64,000 nucleotides of DNA, taken from positions 259,553-323,552 of the forward strand of contig JAGVTU010000024.1 in NCBI GenBank assembly GCA_019136655.1, in the 5' to 3' direction. Shown here one piece after another: positions 1-9,333 of the stretch. Positions within the stretch are counted from its first letter, which is position 1; each line of letters starts with the position of its first letter. The translations under genes and the position numbers were made by a program. The notes beneath the pieces are model-generated. The model ran no database searches. It worked only from the letters and a program-made list of their open reading frames with translations, and was not told where the DNA came from. This stretch comes from Bacteroidota bacterium. Its GTDB lineage: Bacteria; Bacteroidota; Bacteroidia; AKYH767-A; OLB10.

Positions 1-597
1 AATGTGACAGCCGACCAAATCAGAAAGTGGAACCATCTGGAAAATGATGGAATAAAAGCAGGGCAAAAGCTGATAGTTGCTGAAAAGACAAAACCGGTAA
101 TCGAAAAATCTGTTGCTACGCCATCACAAAAAGAAGTAGCTGTTCAGACAATTGATGATAAAAAACTGGAGCAAAAAAATGAACAGGTTCGTAATGATTC
201 AAAACTTATTGCAGAAGCTAACAACAAAATGATTCCTGCTACTCCTTCGCCCAATGAAATGGAGTATAAAGCATCTCGTACTGAAACCAAAAAAGTTAGT
301 GGTAAAAGTGGAACAGTCATAGAGGTGAATGAAACAGGAATGGCTTCATGGATTCATGACAATGATATTAACCAGAGTAAGTTTTATGCATTGCACCGCA
401 CAGCTGCACCGGGAACCATCATTAAGGTTACCAACAGGATGAATGGTGACTATGTATTTGTAAAAGTTGTAGGCCAGTTGCCCGACACAGGAGATAACGA
501 CAAACAGATAATTAAGATGTCGGAAGCTGCAGCCAAACGTATAGGAGCATTGAACGAAAAATTTCAGGTAGAGCTTAATTACGGCATAACGAATTAA
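1..597 (+). CDS. 5'-truncated LysM domain / RlpA-like double-psi beta-barrel (DPBB) peptidoglycan-binding protein
   Basis: Frame continues from the window edge. Residues 1-25 (…DQIRKWNHLENDGIKAGQKLIV) match the end of a LysM domain. The C-terminal 'GMASWIHDND…HRTAAPGTIIKVTN…NGDYVFVKVVGQLP…IIKMSEAAAKRIGA' resembles the RlpA DPBB domain. Confidence 0.5.
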   Translation, partial: NVTADQIRKWNHLENDGIKAGQKLIVAEKTKPVIEKSVATPSQKEVAVQTIDDKKLEQKNEQVRNDSKLIAEANNKMIPATPSPNEMEYKASRTETKKVSGKSGTVIEVNETGMASWIHDNDINQSKFYALHRTAAPGTIIKVTNRMNGDYVFVKVVGQLPDTGDNDKQIIKMSEAAAKRIGALNEKFQVELNYGITN

Positions 598-723
598 AAC
601 AGGAATAAACCCACCATTAACCCGTTAGCAGTAACGCACTGTTGAACAATATTTTGAAAACGCGTTCCCCTCTGATCTGAGTTGGCAATAAACCCTGCCG
701 GAACGCGCTACACTTTCTTTTGT

Positions 724-731
724 TACTTTTG
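724..731 (+). promoter_or_regulatory. candidate Bacteroidota sigma-A -7 box (TACTTTTG) upstream of thiolase
   Basis: TAnnTTTG motif about 27 nt upstream of the ATG at 758. No properly spaced -33 TTTG. Confidence 0.3.
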
Positions 732-757
732 TGCCTCATCATAAAAATATCAGAAGA

Positions 758-1936
758 ATGAAAGAAGTATATATCGTTTCGGCAGTGCGTACTCCAATGG
801 GAAGTTTCGGAGGTTCTCTCTCCCCGATTTCAGCAACACAATTAGGCGCAATAGCTATAAAAGGCGCACTCAGCCGCATTTCATTAGACCCAAAAGAAGT
901 TACAGAAGTATTTATGGGAAATGTGCTGCAGGCAAATGTAGGTCAGGCACCTGCAAGACAAGCAGCAAAATTTGCAGGATTACCGGATAGTGTTCACTGT
1001 ACTACCATCAACAAAGTGTGTGCTTCAGGAATGAAATCTGTAATGCTGGCTGCACAAAGCATCATGCTTGGCGACAATGATGTAGTGGTTGCAGGAGGTA
1101 TGGAAAGCATGAGCAATGTACCTTTTTATGCTCCTAACATGCGATGGGGAAATAAATATGGCGATGTGAAAATGGTGGACGGACTTGCTAAAGATGGTTT
1201 GGTAGATGTTTATCACAACTATGCAATGGGAAATGCCGCTGAACTTTGCGCCAAGGAATGTGGTTTCAGCAGAGAAGATCAGGATGGATATGCCATTCAA
1301 TCATATAAACGCAGTGCTGATGCATGGGCAAAAGGAAAATTTAAAGATGAAATTGTTCCTGTAGAAATTCCTCAGCGCAAAGGTGATCCGGTAGTATTTG
1401 CTGAAGACGAAGAATATAAAAATGTTAAGTTTGATAAAATTGCCGGACTTAAACCAGCATTCGTAAAAGATGGAACAGTAACTGCTGCAAATGCATCAAC
1501 CATGAATGATGGCGCTGCTGCACTTGTGCTGATGAGCAAGGAAAAAGCTGATGCATTGGGATTGAAACCTCTTGCAAAAATCAGAAGCTATGCCGATGCA
1601 GAACAGGCACCTGAATGGTTTACCACAACTCCTGCCAAAGCTTTGCCAAGAGCAGTTGAAAAAGCCGGATTGAAGATGAGCGATCTGGAATATGTTGAAC
1701 TGAACGAAGCTTTCTCGGTAGTTGCACTGGCTAATGTTAAAGAAATGGGACTTGACGTTTCAAAAGTAAATGTTAACGGAGGTGCAGTTTCTTTAGGTCA
1801 TCCGCTGGGATGTTCAGGAGCTCGTATTTTGGTTACGCTGATTCATGTACTCAAACAAAACAATGCACGTATTGGCGGTGCTGCCATTTGCAATGGTGGT
1901 GGTGGTGCAAGTGCAATGGTTATAGAAAATATGTAA
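758..1936 (+). CDS. atoB: acetyl-CoA C-acetyltransferase (thiolase II)
   Basis: [20 protein letters not shown]-terminus; active-site Cys in '[10 protein letters not shown]'; C-terminal '[18 protein letters not shown]' and '[13 protein letters not shown]' thiolase signatures. The ATG at 758 is preferred over the ORF-track start at 731. Confidence 0.93.
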   Translation: MKEVYIVSAVRTPMGSFGGSLSPISATQLGAIAIKGALSRISLDPKEVTEVFMGNVLQANVGQAPARQAAKFAGLPDSVHCTTINKVCASGMKSVMLAAQSIMLGDNDVVVAGGMESMSNVPFYAPNMRWGNKYGDVKMVDGLAKDGLVDVYHNYAMGNAAELCAKECGFSREDQDGYAIQSYKRSADAWAKGKFKDEIVPVEIPQRKGDPVVFAEDEEYKNVKFDKIAGLKPAFVKDGTVTAANASTMNDGAAALVLMSKEKADALGLKPLAKIRSYADAEQAPEWFTTTPAKALPRAVEKAGLKMSDLEYVELNEAFSVVALANVKEMGLDVSKVNVNGGAVSLGHPLGCSGARILVTLIHVLKQNNARIGGAAICNGGGGASAMVIENM

Positions 1937-1978
1937 TCAATAACTCCTGACAAACAGGTTAGGAATTATAAAAAGTAA

Positions 1979-2016
1979 AATGCAAAATCCTTTAAATGGA
2001 TTTTGCATTTTTTTTT
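1979..2016 (+). terminator. rho-independent terminator after thiolase
   Basis: Perfect 11-bp stem atgcaaaatcc / ggattttgcat with loop tttaaat, followed by T9. Confidence 0.7.
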
Positions 2017-2075
2017 GTGATCATACAAAGTTTATTTTTCTGTTGAATGAAAACTGATCTTTAAGAATTCTTATT

Positions 2076-3164
2076 CTAAGAATTTCCATTCAATGCATCC
2101 TGCTGCATCACAAAATCCAAAGCAGTAATTGCAGCCATAGCACGAACAATGGGAACTGCGCGAGGTACCACACATACATCATGTCGGCCACCGGGATGAA
2201 GTACTACTTCATTGCCATCCATATCAATACTTTTTTGCGATTTCATCAGTGTAGAAACAGGTTTAAAAGCAACTCTGAACGTTACATCCATTCCATTGGT
2301 TATTCCTCCCTGCACTCCACCGGAATGATTTGTAAGGGTAGTTACTTTTCCATCAGGTGAATAACTGAATACGTCATTCTGTTGTGAGCCTTTTTGAGCA
2401 ACTCCGTCAAATCCCGAACCTATTTCAAATCCTTTAACTGCGTTAATGCCCAACATGGCGTATCCCAGCCGTGCATGAAATTTATCGAACACAGGCTCAC
2501 CCAAACCCGGAGGCAGAAACTGTATCAATCCATTAATTACTCCGCCAAGAGTATCGCCCTGTTCTTTACAATCTGCAATGAGTTTTTGCATAGCTGCTGC
2601 AGTAGCTTCATGCGGGCAACGCACAGTATTATTCTCAATCAGCGAAAGATTAACCGGATATGCAGCTTCAGGTATTGCTTCATCTCCAATTTTGCTAACG
2701 TAAGCATGCACTGCAATGCCACGTGCTTCGAGCAACTGCAATGCAACAGCACCTGCTGCAACACGTGCGGCAGTTTCGCGGGCCGATGCTCTTCCGCTGC
2801 CACGGTGGTCACGAATACCGTACTTGGCCTGATACGTAAAGTCTGCATGCGAAGGACGATAAGTATGTTGAAGTGAATTATAATCTGCAGGACGCTGATC
2901 TATATTTCTAATCAGTATTGTAAGTGGCGCTCCTGTGGTTTTTCCATCATATAATCCTGATATAATTTCAGGTAAATCATCTTCTTTTCGTGCTGTTGTA
3001 AGTTCTGATTGCCCGGGTCTTCTTTTTGATAATTCAAGTGCAATTGCCTCTGTGTTCAACTTCACTCCGGGATAACATCCGTCAATTACCACACCAATAT
3101 AAGGACCATGCGATTCGCCAAAGGTGGTTATTCTGAATAAGGTTCCAAAACTATTTCCCGCCAT
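2076..3164 (-). CDS. aroC: chorismate synthase
   Basis: MAGNSFGTLFRITTFGESHGPYIGVVIDGCYPG…; full-length match to the AroC family including the C-terminal 'GGRHDVCVVPRAVPI'. Confidence 0.93.
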   Translation of the reverse strand: MAGNSFGTLFRITTFGESHGPYIGVVIDGCYPGVKLNTEAIALELSKRRPGQSELTTARKEDDLPEIISGLYDGKTTGAPLTILIRNIDQRPADYNSLQHTYRPSHADFTYQAKYGIRDHRGSGRASARETAARVAAGAVALQLLEARGIAVHAYVSKIGDEAIPEAAYPVNLSLIENNTVRCPHEATAAAMQKLIADCKEQGDTLGGVINGLIQFLPPGLGEPVFDKFHARLGYAMLGINAVKGFEIGSGFDGVAQKGSQQNDVFSYSPDGKVTTLTNHSGGVQGGITNGMDVTFRVAFKPVSTLMKSQKSIDMDGNEVVLHPGGRHDVCVVPRAVPIVRAMAAITALDFVMQQDALNGNS

Positions 3165-3648
3165 GATGTTGGTTTTTAATCATCACAAAATCATTCATAA
3201 AAAAGCCATTGCCGATATCAAAATCAGCAGCACGTTCAATGCGAAATCCACTTTTAAAATAAAAATTAATGGCCTTTATATTCTTTCTGTTTACCTGCAA
3301 TTTTATCTGCTGATCCTCTCCTGTTTGCTCCATCATTTCATTGAGTAAAATGCCTCCTATATTTCTTCCATGCATATCAAGTTTCACATACAGTTTGTCT
3401 AAAAAAACTTCTTTCTCATTCACCGGATAAAAAGCAATATAACCTGCAATTTCGTTATCCTCTTCGGCAACCATAAAAATATGTCCCTCGCGCAATTGAT
3501 TGTGCAGTGCCTGAACGCTGCACATTTTGTCAAGCATAAAATCAATCTGTTCGTGAGTAATGATGGCAGGATAATATGCTTTCCAAATAGCGGTAACCAT
3601 CTTGCTGATGGCTTCCATATCCTGCTCGTTTGCCATTCTAACTTCCAT
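3151..3648 (-). CDS. GNAT family N-acetyltransferase
   Basis: 165 aa with GNAT motif A region ('HGRNIGGILLNEM') and motif B ('FYFKSGFRIE'). Overlaps the aroC start by 14 nt. An alternative start (MANEQD) lies at 3636. Confidence 0.75.
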   Translation of the reverse strand: MEVRMANEQDMEAISKMVTAIWKAYYPAIITHEQIDFMLDKMCSVQALHNQLREGHIFMVAEEDNEIAGYIAFYPVNEKEVFLDKLYVKLDMHGRNIGGILLNEMMEQTGEDQQIKLQVNRKNIKAINFYFKSGFRIERAADFDIGNGFFMNDFVMIKNQHHGGK

Positions 3649-3650
3649 AA

Positions 3651-4211
3651 TCAGGTTTTTAAAATCCAGTTTCGCATAATGTTCATTCCTTCAGGAGTCA
3701 TAATACTTTCAGGATGAAACTGCACTCCGTAAACATTCCACTGAGGATGCTTCACCGCCATGATATTTTTATCGTCATCTTCGGCAATCACTTCCAGAAT
3801 ACCCGGATTGTCAATCACCCATGAATGATAGCGTCCTGCTTCAAAACGTTCAGGAATATTGTCAAATAACATATCTGCTTTCAACACTCTCACATTTCTG
3901 CTGACACCATGCATAACCGTATCAAGATTTTTAAGAGTACCACCAAAAACTTCAGCCAATGCCTGATGTCCGAGGCATACACCCAGAATACTTTTATGTG
4001 ATGACCATTGACTTATTACATCCTTGGTGATTCCGGCTTCTGATGGCAAACCGGGGCCGGGTGAAATACATATCTTATCATAAGTTCCGGCTTCCACTGC
4101 TTTAATTTCACTGTTTCGTTTTATGTCAGGTTTTACTCCTGTAATATGTTCAATGTAATGCACAAGGTTATAGGTGAAGGAATCAAAATTATCAATGACT
4201 AATATTTTCAC
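3651..4211 (-). CDS. pabA: anthranilate/aminodeoxychorismate synthase glutamine amidotransferase component (class I GATase)
   Basis: MKILVIDNFDSFTYNLV…; catalytic 'GVCLGHQAL' Cys and 'GVQFHPES' His. No TrpE or PabB partner is in the window. Confidence 0.85.
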   Translation of the reverse strand: MKILVIDNFDSFTYNLVHYIEHITGVKPDIKRNSEIKAVEAGTYDKICISPGPGLPSEAGITKDVISQWSSHKSILGVCLGHQALAEVFGGTLKNLDTVMHGVSRNVRVLKADMLFDNIPERFEAGRYHSWVIDNPGILEVIAEDDDKNIMAVKHPQWNVYGVQFHPESIMTPEGMNIMRNWILKT

Positions 4212-4223
4212 CCCGAATTTTTT

Positions 4224-4934
4224 TTAATCTTCCGCATCTGTAAATTTATACCCAATTCCTCTTACTGAAATAAAATATTTCGGATTGGAAGGATCAGGTT
4301 CAAAATACTTGCGGAATGTAACTATGAAATTGTCTATTGTTCTTGTTGAAGGATAAATATCATAACCCCATACCGTTTCAAGAATATGTTCGCGGGAGAC
4401 TACCTCATTACGTTTTTCAATCAACAGTTTCAGCAATAATGCTTCTTTCTTGGTAAGATGTGTTACAGAACCATCCGGTCTTTTAATTTCGAGTTGAGCG
4501 AAATTGATATCGTTGCCATTTAAATGATAAACAGTTAATGCAGCTTTTTCTTTAGGTTCAATTGTACGCTTAATCAGATTCTGTACTCTCAGCAACAACT
4601 CTTCCAGATTAAATGGTTTAGTCAGGTAATCATCTCCTCCTATTTTCAGTCCGGTAACTCTGTCGCTTGGATGATTTTTTGCACTGAGAAATAAAATAGG
4701 TATATCCATGTTTTCGAGCCGGATGGACTCACATACAGTAAATCCACTTATTTCAGGGAGCATTACATCCAGTATAACCAGATTATAACGTCCTTCTTTA
4801 AATGCTTTAAGCGCCTTTTTACCGTCACCAACTGCATTCACATAATAGCCTTCCATTTCCAGATTCAACTTAATGGTCTCTGAAAGTGTTTGCTCATCTT
4901 CTACTAAAAGAATTCTTTTTACCTGATCGTTCAT
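4224..4934 (-). CDS. OmpR-family response regulator (receiver domain plus winged-helix DNA-binding domain)
   Basis: 'ILLVEDEQTLSETI', 'LVILDVMLPEISGF' with the phospho-acceptor Asp, 'LSAK', and a C-terminal trans_reg_C ('RVQNLIKR…TVYHL…'). No histidine kinase is adjacent. Confidence 0.85.
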   Translation of the reverse strand: MNDQVKRILLVEDEQTLSETIKLNLEMEGYYVNAVGDGKKALKAFKEGRYNLVILDVMLPEISGFTVCESIRLENMDIPILFLSAKNHPSDRVTGLKIGGDDYLTKPFNLEELLLRVQNLIKRTIEPKEKAALTVYHLNGNDINFAQLEIKRPDGSVTHLTKKEALLLKLLIEKRNEVVSREHILETVWGYDIYPSTRTIDNFIVTFRKYFEPDPSNPKYFISVRGIGYKFTDAED

Positions 4935-4974
4935 ATATCCTTTGTTGCAAAGCTAATTAACAAATTCGTTTACT

Positions 4975-6540
4975 TTGTTCCTGTGCAAAATTATTGTTCT
5001 GATGTCACAATCGGTTAAATACTGGATTTGGTCGTTTTTTTATGCCTTTTTGTTCCTTGCTGTGTATGGCTATTACTTCAACAGCAGCGACCTCGAAGAA
5101 CATTTGCCGTTTGTATATAAACTTCAGAATCCATCATTGTATCCCGGAGATTATGTAACAGGTTATCTGTTTAATATTTTTTCTGTCCGCTATTACTATG
5201 CGCATACCCTTTTTATTTTGAGTCATCTCATTCCGTTGCCTCAATTATGTTTCGGAATTATGATAACAGCACTTGCTGTTTTTTCATATTACTACATGAA
5301 TTTGTCATATCTGATATTTAAAGAGGATCTGACAGCTTTGTTTACACCGATGATAGGTTTAATTTTTCTGAACAAAATTACCATTGGCGGAAATTTTGTT
5401 TTTGACAACATGCTTACATGCTCTGTATTTGCAAGTGCATTGTGCATGGCGGCATTATTTTATTTCTTTAATGAAAAACTTAAAACCGGCATGTTGCTCT
5501 GTGGCATTGCCACACTCTATCAGCCTTTAATTGGGATTCAGGTGATGATGCTGATGATGATAACATCATTTTTTTTGCACCGTTTCAACTTTCGTGAATT
5601 GATACTTGGATTGCTGAGCTATTTTGTTGTTGCTGCTTTTATGCTAATCCCTTTATTCAAGCGACAATTTGCAGATACCGCTTCACATGCTGACTATTAC
5701 TTTTATTATATACTTTATGTGTTTCGTAATCCGCATCATTATATTCCGTCATTTTTTGCTGCAGGCGATTACATAAAAAACTTTTTTCTGATAACAGTAA
5801 CAGCAGTGTTGTTTTTCAGAAAGCCCACACCTTACAACCGTCATTTAATGATTCTGATGACCTCCATTGTTGTGGGAATGTTGTTTTATTATTTGCTGTT
5901 TGAAAAAGCCAATATGATGCAATTAGGTAAATTGCAATGGTTTAAAACAAGTGTCTGGCTTACCCTATTCTGCGGAATTTATATTGCACATTTCATTGCA
6001 CAGCAAAAATTTATTCAATCCATACTGCCTCAGACTTTTCTGAATTTTATGGTCATGATTTTGACCGTTTTTCTGATTCTTGCCATTACACATTCATCAT
6101 TATTGCCATTCAAAAAACTTCAGAGCCGTTATCAGATTGGCGATTACGTTAAATCTGATTTAACCCTGATGCATGAATGGATAAAAGATTCCATACCGAA
6201 AGAAAAAATTATTCTCAGCTTTCCTGAAGACGATTCATTTTTATGCGAAGCACAGCATCCCATTCCTGTAGCATGGAAAGCCATCATTCATGAACCATGG
6301 TTTTTGAAAAAATGGCACCATGATTTTATTACACTTTATCACATTAAGCAACCTGTTGAATGGATTAAAACAGATCAAAAGAAACTTGCAGAAGAAGGTT
6401 ACAATCATTTCTACAGCAAACAACTTATGGCAAAGTATCATATTGCATATCGTCTTGATGACATTACCAAATCTAAAGTAATTGACTATTCTGCTGTCAT
6501 ACACCAACAAGGCAATTATGTATTATGGAAAACTGAATAA
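4975..6540 (+). CDS. polytopic membrane protein of unknown function with about 11-13 predicted TM helices and a C-terminal soluble domain; possible GT-C/Wzy-like
   Basis: Long hydrophobic segments throughout the first roughly 390 aa, then a hydrophilic ~130-aa tail. No recognisable catalytic signature. The true start may be M10 at 5002. Confidence 0.55.
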   Translation: MFLCKIIVLMSQSVKYWIWSFFYAFLFLAVYGYYFNSSDLEEHLPFVYKLQNPSLYPGDYVTGYLFNIFSVRYYYAHTLFILSHLIPLPQLCFGIMITALAVFSYYYMNLSYLIFKEDLTALFTPMIGLIFLNKITIGGNFVFDNMLTCSVFASALCMAALFYFFNEKLKTGMLLCGIATLYQPLIGIQVMMLMMITSFFLHRFNFRELILGLLSYFVVAAFMLIPLFKRQFADTASHADYYFYYILYVFRNPHHYIPSFFAAGDYIKNFFLITVTAVLFFRKPTPYNRHLMILMTSIVVGMLFYYLLFEKANMMQLGKLQWFKTSVWLTLFCGIYIAHFIAQQKFIQSILPQTFLNFMVMILTVFLILAITHSSLLPFKKLQSRYQIGDYVKSDLTLMHEWIKDSIPKEKIILSFPEDDSFLCEAQHPIPVAWKAIIHEPWFLKKWHHDFITLYHIKQPVEWIKTDQKKLAEEGYNHFYSKQLMAKYHIAYRLDDITKSKVIDYSAVIHQQGNYVLWKTE

Positions 6541-6583
6541 TCAGTCGCTGATTGAAATCCGAAATAAACTTATTACAGACTGA

Positions 6584-8137
6584 TTAATAAGACACCTTCA
6601 GTACTACTCTTCTGTTTTTTGACCGACCCTCAGGAGTGCTGTTATCGGCAACCGGTTTGCTTTCCCCAAGACCTGTTGCAACAATACGTGATTCGAAAAT
6701 ACCTTTTGAAATGAGATATGCTTTCACTGCATCGCAACGTTTTTGCGACAATTGCATATTATACGTCTCATCACCCAAATTATCAGTATGTCCTTCAACC
6801 AACAGGTTGGCTGAATCATATTTCTTCAAAATTTCAGCTAACATATCCAACTGCGGCAACGATACCGGTTTTATTTTATCGCTGTTACTTTCGAAATAGA
6901 TGGAACTTGCTATCTGAGAAATTTTCAGCAAATCAGTTTTTTCCATTTCAGGGCATCCTTTGTTGATGGCGATTCCTTTTTCTGTAGGGCATCTGTCAAT
7001 ATGATCAGGCACGCCATCTCCATCACTGTCGGGGCATCCATTATAATGTACCGGTCCCTGAATATCAGGACAGGCATCCTCATCATCCACTACACCATCT
7101 TTGTCACGGTCAAAAGGACAACCTTCTGCTCCTACTTTAAATCCTTTTGGCGTTTCAGGGCATTTATCATCCTTGTCAGCAACGCCATCCCCATCGTTGT
7201 CTGGGCAACCTCGTAACATTGCTATTCCTTTCTCATCAGGACAATCATCATCTTTATCGGCAATACCATCACCATCAGTATCCGGGCAACCTTTTAATTC
7301 AACTAATCCAAATTGTTTAGGACATTCATCCAAATAGTCTGCAACTCCATCACCATCTGTATCTGTAGGGCAGCCTACGACATCAACTTTCACACCTCGT
7401 GGAGTACCCGGACATAGATCCTTATCATCAGCAATTCCGTCACCATCTGTATCTTTCTTACTGCCAAGGTTAAAAGTAAGACCTGCAGTATGAAACAAAA
7501 ACGCATCGTTATACTTTGCTATGGTTCTGTCAATATCATCTTTCTGCGACAGCATAAATGATTCCTGTATCAAAATATTCACCACATCATTCAGCCTAAT
7601 TGCAAATCCTCCTCCAAAAGAAGGAAGTGCCAGATCGTTGCGGGTTTCAATATCTCCAGACAAAGCCCACATACTCCTGTCCCACACCAAAACTCCTCCA
7701 CCTCCATAAACAAACGGACGAAAACGTGCTTCGGGCCGTGTGGCATAAAACCTCAGATTCAAGGAAGCTGTAGTCATTTTAAGCCTAAAACCGGCAGCAT
7801 CACTTTCATAACCTGCCTCTCCTGTAGAACCTGATACAAACACATCAACATATTTCCATAAATATCTGCTTACGGACATTGAAGCGAAACCATAATAAGG
7901 TTGGTCAATTTTATAAAAACCCTGACCTAAATCGCCATTGTATTGGGTGATGCCTCCGCCAAGCCCCAGATTCCACTTTTTGCCGGACGACTGAGCATAA
8001 GTCTCACTTATCACTACAGAAACGAGAATAGCAATAAGAATAAAAGACTTAGTGAATTGAATTTTGTTTCTGAATAACACAGTTGCCATTTGCTGTACAA
8101 ATAAAAACCTAAGAATGATATTGATTGACATTTCCAT
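6584..8137 (-). CDS. OmpA-family outer-membrane protein with thrombospondin type-3 (TSP3) repeats
   Basis: Signal peptide (…ILIAILVSVVISETYAQ), N-terminal beta-rich domain, about 8 'DxDxDGxxDxxDxCP' TSP3 Ca-binding repeats, and a C-terminal OmpA/MotB domain ('…LVEGHTDNLGDETYNMQLSQKRCDAVKAYL…'). Confidence 0.8.
   Translation of the reverse strand: MEMSINIILRFLFVQQMATVLFRNKIQFTKSFILIAILVSVVISETYAQSSGKKWNLGLGGGITQYNGDLGQGFYKIDQPYYGFASMSVSRYLWKYVDVFVSGSTGEAGYESDAAGFRLKMTTASLNLRFYATRPEARFRPFVYGGGGVLVWDRSMWALSGDIETRNDLALPSFGGGFAIRLNDVVNILIQESFMLSQKDDIDRTIAKYNDAFLFHTAGLTFNLGSKKDTDGDGIADDKDLCPGTPRGVKVDVVGCPTDTDGDGVADYLDECPKQFGLVELKGCPDTDGDGIADKDDDCPDEKGIAMLRGCPDNDGDGVADKDDKCPETPKGFKVGAEGCPFDRDKDGVVDDEDACPDIQGPVHYNGCPDSDGDGVPDHIDRCPTEKGIAINKGCPEMEKTDLLKISQIASSIYFESNSDKIKPVSLPQLDMLAEILKKYDSANLLVEGHTDNLGDETYNMQLSQKRCDAVKAYLISKGIFESRIVATGLGESKPVADNSTPEGRSKNRRVVLKVSY
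6952..7456 (-). repeat. in-frame tandem TSP3 repeat block inside the OmpA gene
   Basis: Protein-level repeats DTDGDGIADDKDLCPGTP / DTDGDGVADYLDECP / DTDGDGIADKDDDCP and similar; the DNA repeats are diverged. Confidence 0.7.
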
Positions 8138-8206
8138 GAAATTTAATTAACGAAGGATTGTTTAATTTACACTGACTGCAGTAACTGCTGCTCGCTGACA
8201 ATTGAT

Positions 8207-8214
8207 TAGTTTTG
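8207..8214 (+). promoter_or_regulatory. candidate -7 box (TAGTTTTG) upstream of nif3
   Basis: TAnnTTTG 20 nt upstream of the ATG at 8234. A TTGACA-like hexamer lies 19 nt further upstream. Confidence 0.35.
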
Positions 8215-8233
8215 TTCACTCTACCTACATACA

Positions 8234-9331
8234 ATGATTTTAACTAAAGATGTAATCAGAATTCTTGAAGATTTTGCTCCACCGGTTTGGCAGGAAAGCT
8301 ATGACAACAGTGGATTGATAACCGGAAATCCTGATGCTGAAGTTACCGGTATCATCCTTTGCCTCGACAGTATTGAAAGCGTTATTGACGAAGCCATTTC
8401 TGAAAATTGTAATCTCATAATAGCTCATCACCCCATTGTTTTTTCAGGCATAAAAAAATTAACAGGGAAAAATTATATCGAGCGAACATTGCTGAAAGCC
8501 ATCAGAAACAATATTTCCATTTATGCCATTCACACTAATCTGGACAATGTACATTCAGGTGTAAATCACCGATTAGGAACGGAGTTGGGTTTAAGAGATT
8601 TAAAAATACTTTCGGCAAAAGAACATTTACTAAAAAAGTTAGTCACTTTTTGCCCTGTTGCACAAGCCGAAGAAGTCAAAAATGCATTATTCGCAGCAGG
8701 GGCCGGTGGTATAGGAAATTACAGTGAATGTAGTTTTAATGTAGAAGGAACCGGCACTTTTAAACCGGGCGAAAACGCCAATCCTTTCAGTGGCAAAATT
8801 GGCGAACGCCAACACGAACATGAAGTGAGGATTGAGACTTTAATTTATTCGCATCAGCAAACAAAAATCTTAAATGCACTATTTAAAGCTCATCCCTATG
8901 AAGAAGTGGCCTACTATATCAATACACTTGATAACAGTCTGCAAACAACAGGCTCCGGAATGACAGGAATGCTTGAAAAGCCATTGAACGAAAAAGAATT
9001 CCTGCTTGAAGTTAAATCACGTTTGGGTTGCAGTGTATTGAGACACACACCATTCACAGGTAAAAATATCCAAAAGGTAGCAATCTGTGGCGGAGCAGGC
9101 TTTTTCCTCCTGAAAGATGCCATAGCCGCTGGCGCTGATGCATTTATTACCTCCGACATAAAATATCATCAGTTTTTTGATGCCGATAGCAGAATTTTGC
9201 TGGTAGATGCAGGTCATTTTGAAACCGAACAATTCACTATGAAACTGCTTAAAGATTTGTTAATCAAAAATTTTTCTACATTTGCCATCCGTTTAACAAA
9301 AGTGGATACTAATCCGGTAAAATATATCTGA
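8234..9331 (+). CDS. Nif3-like dinuclear metal-centre protein (GTP cyclohydrolase 1 type 2 homologue, YqfO/YbgI family)
   Basis: 365 aa, 'NSGLITG', 'NLIIAHHPIVF', 'IHTNLD', and a C-terminal 'DAGHFETE'. Typical NIF3 with an inserted PII-like domain. Confidence 0.85.
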   Translation: MILTKDVIRILEDFAPPVWQESYDNSGLITGNPDAEVTGIILCLDSIESVIDEAISENCNLIIAHHPIVFSGIKKLTGKNYIERTLLKAIRNNISIYAIHTNLDNVHSGVNHRLGTELGLRDLKILSAKEHLLKKLVTFCPVAQAEEVKNALFAAGAGGIGNYSECSFNVEGTGTFKPGENANPFSGKIGERQHEHEVRIETLIYSHQQTKILNALFKAHPYEEVAYYINTLDNSLQTTGSGMTGMLEKPLNEKEFLLEVKSRLGCSVLRHTPFTGKNIQKVAICGGAGFFLLKDAIAAGADAFITSDIKYHQFFDADSRILLVDAGHFETEQFTMKLLKDLLIKNFSTFAIRLTKVDTNPVKYI

Positions 9332-9333
9332 TT

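Noticed and set aside
731-757. Upstream ORF-track start (MPHHKNIRR…) for the thiolase
   Set aside because: Thiolases begin M-K-E-V-x-I-V. The ATG at 758 gives the canonical N-terminus, and a TAnnTTTG box sits just upstream of it.
2040-2086. EcoRI-containing palindrome aattctta-ttc-taagaatt just downstream of aroC
   Set aside because: It is a perfect 8-bp hairpin, but no T-run follows on the aroC strand. It is probably incidental, or a weak bidirectional element next to the strong thiolase terminator.
2394-2876. 160-aa plus-strand ORF, and other antisense ORFs inside aroC, rpoC, rpoB, serS, YfhO and others
   Set aside because: They are fully embedded antisense to strongly conserved genes and have Cys/Ser/Phe-rich junk composition. 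They are six-frame noise.
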